Shown: positions 45,630-53,920 of the stretch, piece by piece
Numbering within the stretch: the first letter of the stretch is position 1
How the letters are laid out: every line of letters begins with the position of its first letter
The notes under the pieces: generated by a model
Told to the model about the DNA's origin: nothing
Seen by the model: the letters and a program-made list of their open reading frames with translations, nothing else
The model's database searches: none
Assembly: GCA_964653635.1 (NCBI GenBank)
Contig: CAZZGZ010000001.1
Location: 9,986-73,985, forward strand
Origin: an uncultured Lachnospiraceae bacterium
GTDB lineage: Bacteria; Bacillota; Clostridia; Christensenellales; UBA1242
Direction: 5' to 3'
Length of the DNA stretch: 64,000 bases
Translations under genes and position numbers: made by a program

Positions 45630-47597
45630 TTATTTAATAGATCTTAATTTTAATTCAATTTTTTTCGATATGTTTTTACAATTAAAACCTACCTTTTCAT
45701 AAATATCTTCACCCTTTCCACTATGCTGATATTCAAAAACACCAAACATCAAACCATCCGAACCGATATACTTATACCATCTCTCATCATTTGAGGCTTC
45801 AATAGCCACTTTCACAGAAGCTCCTTTTGTAAGTTTCTCTTTATATACTTCGCTTTGCTTTTCAAAAACTTCAATTGATGGTACTGAAATTACTTTTACC
45901 GTATGCTTCTTTTCAAGCTCTTTTGCAATTTCAATAGCGAGTGCCACGTCATAACCAGTTGAAAAAATTACAACTTGTGCTTGTTCTGAATTTTGATAAA
46001 TTGAATATGCACCAAATGATACAGTCTTAAGAGGAAGTTCTGGCACTTGTTTCATGGTATTTCTAGATAAAATAATCGCAGTTGGTTCAAAATTTGTAAT
46101 CGCTCTTTCATAAGCCGAAACAAGCTCCGTTGCTGATGCTGGTCTATATACATTCAACCCTATAATACTTCTAAGCATACTAATTTGTTCAATAGGCTGA
46201 TGTGTTGGCCCATCTTCACCAACTAAAACACTATCATGAGTGTAGAAAGATAATACTGGTAGTTTCATCATTGCACGCAATCGAAGGGCGGGTATTTCAT
46301 AATTTGCGAATGACAAAAAAGTGCTTTCAAAAGGAATAAAATTGTCATATTCTGCTATCCCATTACATATTGCCGCCATAGCATGTTCCCTCACACCAAA
46401 ATGAATATTTCTGCCTCTTTTGTTCCCAGCTGAGAAAAATGCATAATTGTCAAGAACAGCTTTAGTTGATGAACCGACGTCAGCACATCCACCAATCAAA
46501 CATTCTATTTCTTTCGAAATATCGTTTAGTAGGATATTGTTAAGCTCCCTTCCTGATAAATCTTGTTTTTTAAGTAAATTTTTGAGTAATTTTTCGTAAG
46601 AAATTTTAGAATTTTCAAAAAAACTTAGAAACTTCTTATAAAGCTCAGGATGAGTACTACTATAAATTGCGAGATTTTGATTCCATTCCTCATGGTGAAG
46701 TTTTCCACGTCGAGAACTTGCCATACAAAATTCCCGCACATCATTCGGTATAAAAAAGCTCTCTTTTACACCTAAACTTTGTTTAAATTGTGCTAACTCG
46801 TCACTTGTCATAACTAGCCCATGTACAGCAGAAGTTCCCTCTTTTGCAGTGCCAATTCCTATTTTTGTTTTGAATATTATAATCGTTGGCTTTGAAGATT
46901 TTTTTGCTCTTTTTATGGCAGTTGTACACATATGATAGTCATTACCATCTGAAACTTTAATCACTTCAAATCCCATTGAGGAGTATTTTTTTGCAACATT
47001 TTCACGATTTGAAATCTTAATATTACCATCTAAGGTTACATCGTTTGAATCATATAAAATTATGAGATTTTTTAAATTTAAAGTCCCCGCAAGTGACAAT
47101 GCCTCTTGAGCAACACCTTCCATCAAACAACCATCACCACAGAGACAATATATATGATTATTTATAATCGGAAATCCAACAGCATTAAACTTTTCTTCTA
47201 ATAAATTTTCAGCAATAGCCATTCCAACAGCACAAGCAACTCCTTGTCCAAGTGGGCCAGTAGTACACTCAACTCCATCAGTAACCCCATACTCAGGATG
47301 TCCTGGAGTTATTGAACCAAGTTTTCTAAAATCACGCAAGTCCTTAAGAGCAACATTAAATCCAAACATAGAAAGAAGTGTGTAGTATAATGCACTAGCA
47401 TGCCCTGCCGATAATATAAATCTATCCCTGTTCAAATAGTCCGTATCAGAAATATCAAATTCTAAATGGTCTTTAAATAAGGCAAATAGTATTGTTGAAG
47501 CCCCTAAAGCCACACCAGTATGCCCACTTTTTGCATTAGAAATTGTCTCTGCAGAAATTGCTTTGACGTAATTTAATGATTTTGTTCTCAAATTCAT
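45630..47597 (-). CDS. tkt: Transketolase
   Basis: 655-aa ORF with GHTGVALGAS, GHPEYG, the TPP motif GDGCLMEGV and EDGPTHQPIEQ. Confidence 0.9.
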   Translation of the reverse strand: MNLRTKSLNYVKAISAETISNAKSGHTGVALGASTILFALFKDHLEFDISDTDYLNRDRFILSAGHASALYYTLLSMFGFNVALKDLRDFRKLGSITPGHPEYGVTDGVECTTGPLGQGVACAVGMAIAENLLEEKFNAVGFPIINNHIYCLCGDGCLMEGVAQEALSLAGTLNLKNLIILYDSNDVTLDGNIKISNRENVAKKYSSMGFEVIKVSDGNDYHMCTTAIKRAKKSSKPTIIIFKTKIGIGTAKEGTSAVHGLVMTSDELAQFKQSLGVKESFFIPNDVREFCMASSRRGKLHHEEWNQNLAIYSSTHPELYKKFLSFFENSKISYEKLLKNLLKKQDLSGRELNNILLNDISKEIECLIGGCADVGSSTKAVLDNYAFFSAGNKRGRNIHFGVREHAMAAICNGIAEYDNFIPFESTFLSFANYEIPALRLRAMMKLPVLSFYTHDSVLVGEDGPTHQPIEQISMLRSIIGLNVYRPASATELVSAYERAITNFEPTAIILSRNTMKQVPELPLKTVSFGAYSIYQNSEQAQVVIFSTGYDVALAIEIAKELEKKHTVKVISVPSIEVFEKQSEVYKEKLTKGASVKVAIEASNDERWYKYIGSDGLMFGVFEYQHSGKGEDIYEKVGFNCKNISKKIELKLRSIK

Positions 47598-48088
47598 ATA
47601 TTTTCTCCTAATATTTCAATTATTTTGTTATAAGCAAGTTTTATATTTGGTTGATTTAAAGATATGCAATAATCAACACAACTTCTGACCTCTTCATCAA
47701 ATCTCTTATAATCCTTGCTAAATAAAAAAGCTTTTTCCTTGTTTTTTACATATCTTAATTCTTTGAAATAACTTTGAGGTAATCTAAGATAAATTTTAGT
47801 ATAATTTTCCTTAAAAACATCCTTATGTTTTTCAAAATAAAAATAATCGATAAAAATCAATGTGTTTTCGAAATTTTTAAAGTTTTTGACCGCTTTATTT
47901 TCTAAATTTTGCAGATACTCATAAGTCATATTATCCGATAAAACATCTAAAGCTGATATATCATAATTGATATAATCTTTACAATTACCACATATCATAT
48001 CTAGTGCATCTGCTAGAACTTTTGATACATCAATCCCGAACTCTTCATCGAAACATATGATTAACAAATTGGATTTGAAATCTTTCAT
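47594..48088 (-). CDS. Small protein resembling a P-loop kinase (shikimate-kinase-like) fold but lacking the Walker A motif
   Basis: The start is trimmed to ATG 48088. NLLIICFDEEFGIDVSKVLADALDM parallels NivLIGFMGSGKStvGklLAekLg with GxxGxGKS lost. Its stop overlaps the tkt start (ATGA). Confidence 0.35.
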   Translation of the reverse strand: MKDFKSNLLIICFDEEFGIDVSKVLADALDMICGNCKDYINYDISALDVLSDNMTYEYLQNLENKAVKNFKNFENTLIFIDYFYFEKHKDVFKENYTKIYLRLPQSYFKELRYVKNKEKAFLFSKDYKRFDEEVRSCVDYCISLNQPNIKLAYNKIIEILGENI

Positions 48089-48144
48089 ACATATATGATA
48101 CCACAAAATATAAAATTATCAAATAAATTTGTAAAATACATGCG

Positions 48145-48984
48145 TTACTTGTAAAAAATTATATCTTTTTTATCTTCATTGAATTTAATTCGTTTCTTTT
48201 TCTTTTTAAAAAGTGCTAAAATCTCTGGCATAACATCCACACAAGCTTTATAGCCCTCGTCTATCATCTCATCAATACCCTTAGCTTCTGTTGATTTAAA
48301 GCGTTTAGTTTCAGGGGCAACCATTACATCAGCATAGATATACCCTCTTATTGCATTACTCTTCATAAGAATTCTCACTGAACAAGATAAAACGTCTAAA
48401 AGTTTACTACTCGTAGTCCCATAGGTACGCTCCTTATTTACATCAACCGCAACAACATAATCACAACCATAAAATCGTGCTATGTCTGCTGGTATAGTAT
48501 TTTGCAAACCGCCATCACACAATAAAAAATCCTCAAATTCCACAGGTTGAAAAACCATAGGTACACAGCAACTCCCAGCAATGGCTCTAGCGAGATTTCC
48601 TTTAGAAATTACCACTTGATTTGTACTTTTAATGTCTACTGCAACAGCAGAAAAGGGAAGTTTTAAATCCTGAATATCAATATCACCAAATGCTGATTTG
48701 ATTAAATTTTCTATGTTTTCTGTTTTTGAAGGAATAAAAAGCACCTTACTATTTTTAATATCTTTAGTTTTTATATTTTTTGCAATGTGATATATTTGCT
48801 CATAAGTCATACCATTTGCATAACAAGCACCGATGATACTACCCGCACTTGTCCCTGTTACGTAATCGAATTTGATATTATATTCTTCAAGAGCCTTAAT
48901 AACACCAATATGTGCAAAACCACGTGCACCTCCCCCACCAAATGCTATACCAATTTTGGGTTTTCTAAAATACATATGTTTCAT
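48145..48984 (-). CDS. Patatin-like phospholipase
   Basis: The oxyanion motif GGGGARG, the nucleophile GTSAGS and the catalytic DGG (LCDGGL) are present. Confidence 0.85.
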   Translation of the reverse strand: MKHMYFRKPKIGIAFGGGGARGFAHIGVIKALEEYNIKFDYVTGTSAGSIIGACYANGMTYEQIYHIAKNIKTKDIKNSKVLFIPSKTENIENLIKSAFGDIDIQDLKLPFSAVAVDIKSTNQVVISKGNLARAIAGSCCVPMVFQPVEFEDFLLCDGGLQNTIPADIARFYGCDYVVAVDVNKERTYGTTSSKLLDVLSCSVRILMKSNAIRGYIYADVMVAPETKRFKSTEAKGIDEMIDEGYKACVDVMPEILALFKKKKKRIKFNEDKKDIIFYK

Positions 48985-49029
48985 ATGGGTATTATACCAA
49001 ATATAAGCGAAATTACAAAGTTTTTTAAT

Positions 49030-49061
49030 TATAAATAAAAAATAAAAGCCGTAAGGCTTTT
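49030..49061 (-). terminator. Rho-independent terminator of the Glu-rich protein gene
   Basis: AAAAGCC-ttac-GGCTTTT followed by ATTTTTTATTT on the minus strand. It starts 2 nt after the stop codon. Confidence 0.7.
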
Positions 49062-49062
49062 A

Positions 49063-50205
49063 TTATTCAACATCTGACCCATCTTCTGTAGTTGTTGTAG
49101 TAGAAGTTGTTGTAGTCACACCAGAATCATCTGCATCCATTTTCTCTAATATGTTTTTAATATCTGCGATTTCTGCTTTTAGTGTTGTGTTTGTATTTTT
49201 AAGTACTTCATACATTTGTTTGAGCATAGGAATTCTAGTTGCATTTTTGTTTAACACTTCTTTACAATGTGCTATTGAAAGTTTAAGCCCTTCAAGAAGG
49301 TCAAGATCTTCAGCAAGTTTCTTTGCCCTTTCTTCGTCTAAATCTTCATAATTATTTACACCATAGAGTAATGTTTTTTGCTTAGCAACAATTATCTCTT
49401 TTCTTGCTCTCTTCTTTTCTGCTTTTTCATATGCAGCCTGCACCTTAGTAAGAGGGATATATTCTTTCTTGCAAGCTTTTAACTCTTTCTCATTTGCACG
49501 AAGAAGTTCCTCTTTCTCTGCAAGTCTTTGCTCATATTCTTCACGTGATAGTATAGGATCTACAATAGTGGTCTGCACAACTGTTGTTGTAGACTTAGTT
49601 TTCTCATTTTGAGTCTCTTGCAATCTTGCCCTTGCAAGTTCGAGTTCTCTTTGCATTGCTTCATATCTTTCGTTATCTTTACTAGTCTGCTCTTCTGTTG
49701 TCTCTTGCTCAGAAACCTCTTCTTCAACTTCTTCTTCAACAGTTTCAGGCTCTTTTATTTCCTCTTCATTTGCTACTTCTTCGACAACTGTTTCTTCCTC
49801 TTGCTTTTTCTCTTGTTCTTCAAGACGTCTAGCAAGGAGTTGTCTACGTCTTTCTTCTAGTCTAGCTCTTTGTTCCTGTCTGCGTCTTTCAATTTCATCT
49901 GTTTCCTCTTGATTTGGCTGTTCTTCATTAGCCTCTTCTTGAGCAACTTCGCTAACTACAGCCTCCTCTTCGTCCTTTTCAGCAGTCTCCTCTTTAACGA
50001 CTTCTTGTACAAGCTCTTGCTTAATCTCTTCTTCAGTAGGTACTTCAATGACTTCACTTTGGTCAGTTTCCGTCTTCTTAGTAGACATAGAAATAGCCTC
50101 AGCCACGAAGTATACTAAAAAACTTCCCGCAAGAATAACAGCTAAAACAATCAAGATATTAACAAGCACACTATCAATCGCAAGTTCCATTAACATACTT
50201 TTCAT
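49063..50205 (-). CDS. Membrane-anchored Glu/Lys-rich coiled-coil protein with a poly-Thr C-terminus
   Basis: 380-aa ORF. It has an N-terminal TM (VNILIVLAVILAGSFLVYFVAEAI), long E/K/Q/R low-complexity predicted helices, and a C-terminal GVTTTTSTTTTTEDGSDVE. Confidence 0.6.
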   Translation of the reverse strand: MKSMLMELAIDSVLVNILIVLAVILAGSFLVYFVAEAISMSTKKTETDQSEVIEVPTEEEIKQELVQEVVKEETAEKDEEEAVVSEVAQEEANEEQPNQEETDEIERRRQEQRARLEERRRQLLARRLEEQEKKQEEETVVEEVANEEEIKEPETVEEEVEEEVSEQETTEEQTSKDNERYEAMQRELELARARLQETQNEKTKSTTTVVQTTIVDPILSREEYEQRLAEKEELLRANEKELKACKKEYIPLTKVQAAYEKAEKKRARKEIIVAKQKTLLYGVNNYEDLDEERAKKLAEDLDLLEGLKLSIAHCKEVLNKNATRIPMLKQMYEVLKNTNTTLKAEIADIKNILEKMDADDSGVTTTTSTTTTTEDGSDVE

Positions 50206-50274
50206 AACTACACTTCCTTTTAAATCATTTTCTTAGCAATTTTTAGAAGTTGCCATCTTCGCATTCCATTTGCT

Positions 50275-50659
50275 TGGTGGAGACGGAGGGATTTGAACCC
50301 TCGTCCAAAAGCAGAACATTTATTTTTCTACATGTTTAGTTTATGCTTAAATTTGACTTTTAAATCACTCATAAACAAGTTTTAAAAGCGAGTTTTTTAA
50401 ATTTTTGGAACTATAAAAACTAATTCATCCCAAATTTTGCCATAAATTGATACTCATGTTTTAAGTTAGGCACTCTTAAAACGAGCAGGTTATATAACGC
50501 TATAACCAGGCTACAGAGCAGACCACCTTAGGCAGCAACTGCAACTGTATCGTTGTTTGTGTTTGCGTTTATTTACGCTAGATGGTTATTTAAGTGTCCA
50601 TCAAAACACTACATGCTTTTCTAAATGCAACTGTCTTTGTCGAAACCATTTACGCCCCC
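50275..50659 (-). ncRNA. ssrA: tmRNA (SsrA)
   Basis: On the minus strand the 5' end is GGGGGCGTAAATGGTTTCGACAAAGAC and the 3' end is GGACGAGGGTTCAAATCCCTCCGTCTCCACCA. The tag frame GCA AAC ACA AAC AAC GAT ACA GTT GCA GTT GCT GCC TAA gives a predicted tag (A)ANTNNDTVAVAA; the resume codon is tentative. Confidence 0.9.
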
Positions 50660-50671
50660 ATATTTTGAAGG

Positions 50672-51118
50672 CTACAGCAAGTTTTTAGAAATTCTTTCAA
50701 TTTCTTTTTGAATGGTTGCCTTTTTCAAACTTTCTCGCTTATCATATGTCTTTTTGCCTTTTGCTAGTCCTATTTCAATTTTAACAAGTCCATTTTTAAA
50801 GTATATCTTAGTAGGAATAATTGTAAAACCTTTCTCGCTTGATTTTTTTTCTAGCTTAAGTATTTCGACTCTATGCAATAAAAGTTTGCGGGTACGTTTA
50901 CTTTCAGGTACAAAGCTTGAAGACTTGTCATAAGGTTTGATGTACGCATTTACAAGAAAAGCTTCACCATTCTTAATTTGAACAAACGAATCATTCAAAC
51001 TGCATCCACCGGACCTTAATGCCTTAACTTCGCTACCTTTTAAACAGATACCACATTCAACCAATTCTGAAACGAAGAAATCATGAAATGCCTTTTTGTT
51101 ATTTGCTATTATCTTCAT
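50672..51118 (-). CDS. smpB: SsrA-binding protein SmpB
   Basis: The start is trimmed to ATG 51118 (MKIIANNKKAFHDFF..). The typical SmpB core and C-terminal basic tail are present. It ends 12 nt before the tmRNA 5' end. Confidence 0.9.
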   Translation of the reverse strand: MKIIANNKKAFHDFFVSELVECGICLKGSEVKALRSGGCSLNDSFVQIKNGEAFLVNAYIKPYDKSSSFVPESKRTRKLLLHRVEILKLEKKSSEKGFTIIPTKIYFKNGLVKIEIGLAKGKKTYDKRESLKKATIQKEIERISKNLL

Positions 51119-51226
51119 CTCTGCCCCTATTATATCACGTATGAAATTTTTTTTCAATACCTTATTTTAAATTTTTTTTATTTTTTTTTAGATTTTTACT
51201 CAATTTTGCACTTCTTTTAAAAAAAA

Positions 51227-53317
51227 TCATGCTTTTTTAATAAATTCAAAGTCTATATGTCTAGTATATAAATTAGAGGAAGTCAATTTAACTTTTACAC
51301 GCTCACCAATACTAAAACTCATTATAGAGCAACGCAAGGATTGCTTTTTTTCTAGGAATAAGTAGTTATCCCCTGGCAATGTCTCTATTTTTATGAGCCC
51401 CTCAACACTATTATCAAGCTCAACATAGATTCCAAAATTTGTTACTGATGATATTGTCCCCTCAAACTGCTCGCCGATTCTGTCTTTCATCAGATATGCT
51501 TTCCATAAATCATCGACATCACGTTCTGCTTGCTCAGCATTTTTTTCTCGTTCCGAACTTTGCAAACTAGCTTCTTGCACAAAATCATCAAGATTTTCTT
51601 TTCTTGTTTTAGCAATCTTCTTTTTAAGATTTTCCTTCAAAATTCTATGAATACACAAATCGGGATATCTTCGAATCGGAGAAGTAAAGTGACAATAATC
51701 AATTAGAGCTAATCCAAAATGTCCTAAATCTTCATTTGTATATCTGGCTTTTTGCATACTTCTGAGCAAAATTTTATTTACAGTCTCCACAAAAGGCTTA
51801 TTTTCTACAATTTTTAAAAGTTTTTGATAATATTCTGGTGTTATTTTCTCAGGAATTTTTGGATAGTCTACTCCAATACCTTTTAAAAACTCACATACCG
51901 CTATCACTTTTTCTCTTTTTGGTGGCTCATGCACTCGATACATGAATGGTAACTGTTGCTCTTTTGCATATCTTGCAACTGTCTCGTTAGCAAGTACCAT
52001 AAAATCTTCAATTATTTTGTGAGCTTCATTTCGTTCACGTTTTTTTAAATCAACAACTAATCCGTCTTTATCAAAAACAAATTCAGTCTCTTTGATATCA
52101 AGTTCCAAAGTCCCCCGATTTTTGGCATTCTTTTCCAAAATCTGGCTAAGTTCTAACATAATTTTAAATTTATTAATTAAATTTTGAGTTTTTTGATCAG
52201 TTTTGCCATATAACGCATTATGAACTTGTGTATAAGTAAGTCTTGCTTTACTATTTATTACACTTTCAACAATAGAGTAATTTTTAACCTTTCCATTGTT
52301 ATCAATATCCATAATACATGAAAGTGTCAACCGATCTTGTCCCTCATTTAAAGAACAAATTCCATTAGAAAGAAGTTTCGGTAACATAGGCAATACAGAA
52401 GTTGGAAAATATGTAGATGTCCCTCGCTTATAGGCTTCTTCATCTAGTTTACTACCCATCTGAACGTAATTTCCAACATCAGCGATATGCACACCTAATT
52501 TATATCCATCCTTAGTTTTTTCGATTGAAACAGCGTCATCAAGGTCCTTAGCATCCTCGCCATCTATTGTAAATATAATTTCATTGCGTAAATCTAACCT
52601 TCCTTGAATATCCTTTTGGGATAACGACTGCGAAATATTTTCACTTTCTTTTACAACATCTTCAGGAAAAGTTTCAAATATTCCATGCTCACGAATAAGT
52701 GAAAGTTCAAGTGCTTTAATATCACTCTCTGCTCCTATTATTTCCTGTGGCAATGCAATTATTTTACCATCTTCTCTTCTATCTAACTTACATAGAAGTA
52801 TTGTCCCTTTTTCATATTTTTCACCACTAGAAATGGCAAAAGTTGTTGAAATTTTTGCTCCTTTAGGAACTAAAAATGTATTTTCGCCTACATAATCCAC
52901 AATTCCAACTATAGTTGATACTTTATCGACAATTTTATAAACCAACCCTTCCGCACTCTCTGCAGTGGTAGAGTAGACTTTACATATAACTTTGTCACCA
53001 TCTAATGCAAAGTTCGTTCTGTTTGCAGGAATAAAAACATCACAATTTAAACCCTCACAACTACAAAAACCAAATCCTCGCATTGTACCCATGAACTTGC
53101 CATAATATAACCCAAGTTTTTCATTTGGAATTACAACGTACTCACAAGGTTTTACTTCACAAATTTTTCCACTATTAATTAACTTTTCTATTATTTTTTT
53201 AGTTTCTTGCAATGTAATTTTTAGGTTCTGTGAAATAAACAAAAAAAACTTGTCTTTGCTTTTCGTTGCAAGACAGCCTTTTTCTATAAGTGCTAAAACT
53301 TTTTTTATATTTGTCAT
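51227..53317 (-). CDS. rnr: Ribonuclease R
   Basis: 696-aa ORF with cold-shock-like N-domains, an RNB catalytic region (TIDGEDAKDLDDAVS, HFGL..YCHFTSPIRRYPD) and a C-terminal S1 domain. Confidence 0.9.
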   Translation of the reverse strand: MTNIKKVLALIEKGCLATKSKDKFFLFISQNLKITLQETKKIIEKLINSGKICEVKPCEYVVIPNEKLGLYYGKFMGTMRGFGFCSCEGLNCDVFIPANRTNFALDGDKVICKVYSTTAESAEGLVYKIVDKVSTIVGIVDYVGENTFLVPKGAKISTTFAISSGEKYEKGTILLCKLDRREDGKIIALPQEIIGAESDIKALELSLIREHGIFETFPEDVVKESENISQSLSQKDIQGRLDLRNEIIFTIDGEDAKDLDDAVSIEKTKDGYKLGVHIADVGNYVQMGSKLDEEAYKRGTSTYFPTSVLPMLPKLLSNGICSLNEGQDRLTLSCIMDIDNNGKVKNYSIVESVINSKARLTYTQVHNALYGKTDQKTQNLINKFKIMLELSQILEKNAKNRGTLELDIKETEFVFDKDGLVVDLKKRERNEAHKIIEDFMVLANETVARYAKEQQLPFMYRVHEPPKREKVIAVCEFLKGIGVDYPKIPEKITPEYYQKLLKIVENKPFVETVNKILLRSMQKARYTNEDLGHFGLALIDYCHFTSPIRRYPDLCIHRILKENLKKKIAKTRKENLDDFVQEASLQSSEREKNAEQAERDVDDLWKAYLMKDRIGEQFEGTISSVTNFGIYVELDNSVEGLIKIETLPGDNYLFLEKKQSLRCSIMSFSIGERVKVKLTSSNLYTRHIDFEFIKKA

Positions 53318-53620
53318 TTATACTCCTGCATATATTTTAACCGATACAATAAACAAAATAGCACAAACTAAAATCACGGAAGCTAAGATGATAGTAGCTA
53401 TTTTTATCCTGCCTGCACGAGATGAACCCTTATTTTTTGAATAATAACTTTCCTGCATATTTCCCGTGAGTATGTCTGTACCCTGAGCGTCAGAGGATTG
53501 CATTAATACCAAAATAATAAGTGAAATAGCAGATAATACTAAAATGCAAAATAGCACAATTCTTATAATAGGAAATGAACTAGCCACCCAGTCAGCAACC
53601 ATAATTGTTGAATTAAACAT
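53318..53620 (-). CDS. secG: Preprotein translocase subunit SecG
   Basis: It has two TM segments, and LIILVLMQSSDAQG matches the SecG signature (vLlQ.skg.G). It abuts the rnr start. The start codon is uncertain (53620 or 53602). Confidence 0.7.
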   Translation of the reverse strand: MFNSTIMVADWVASSFPIIRIVLFCILVLSAISLIILVLMQSSDAQGTDILTGNMQESYYSKNKGSSRAGRIKIATIILASVILVCAILFIVSVKIYAGV

Positions 53621-53630
53621 ATAAACTCCT

Positions 53631-53864
53631 TTATTTAAACATGACGATTGTAAGAAAAATTAACATAATAAGTAACACGATAGAAAGTATGACATAACTA
53701 AACTTAATAGTGAATTTTTCACCCACTTTATAACTTTTTATCATTAATACCACACTGCAAGCCAATAATATAGCAATTATGCCAAAAATAGCAAGTTTAA
53801 CTCCGAAATTTTGACCTTTGAAATAATCAACCATATTTTCATATGCACCAAGAAGTGTATTCAA
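53631..53864 (-). CDS. Small two-TM membrane protein, unknown function
   Basis: 77-aa hydrophobic ORF, 10 nt upstream of secG. Confidence 0.4.
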   Translation of the reverse strand: MNTLLGAYENMVDYFKGQNFGVKLAIFGIIAILLACSVVLMIKSYKVGEKFTIKFSYVILSIVLLIMLIFLTIVMFK

Positions 53865-53920
53865 ATTTTTCTACCCTCCTTGATATTCTATCATACTTTC
53901 ATTTTTTTTTCAAGTATTTT

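Noticed and set aside
49151-50236. Plus-strand ORFs opposite the Glu-rich protein gene
   Set aside because: These are mirror frames of GAA/GAG-rich low-complexity coding sequence (Phe/Leu/Ser-rich) with no start signals.
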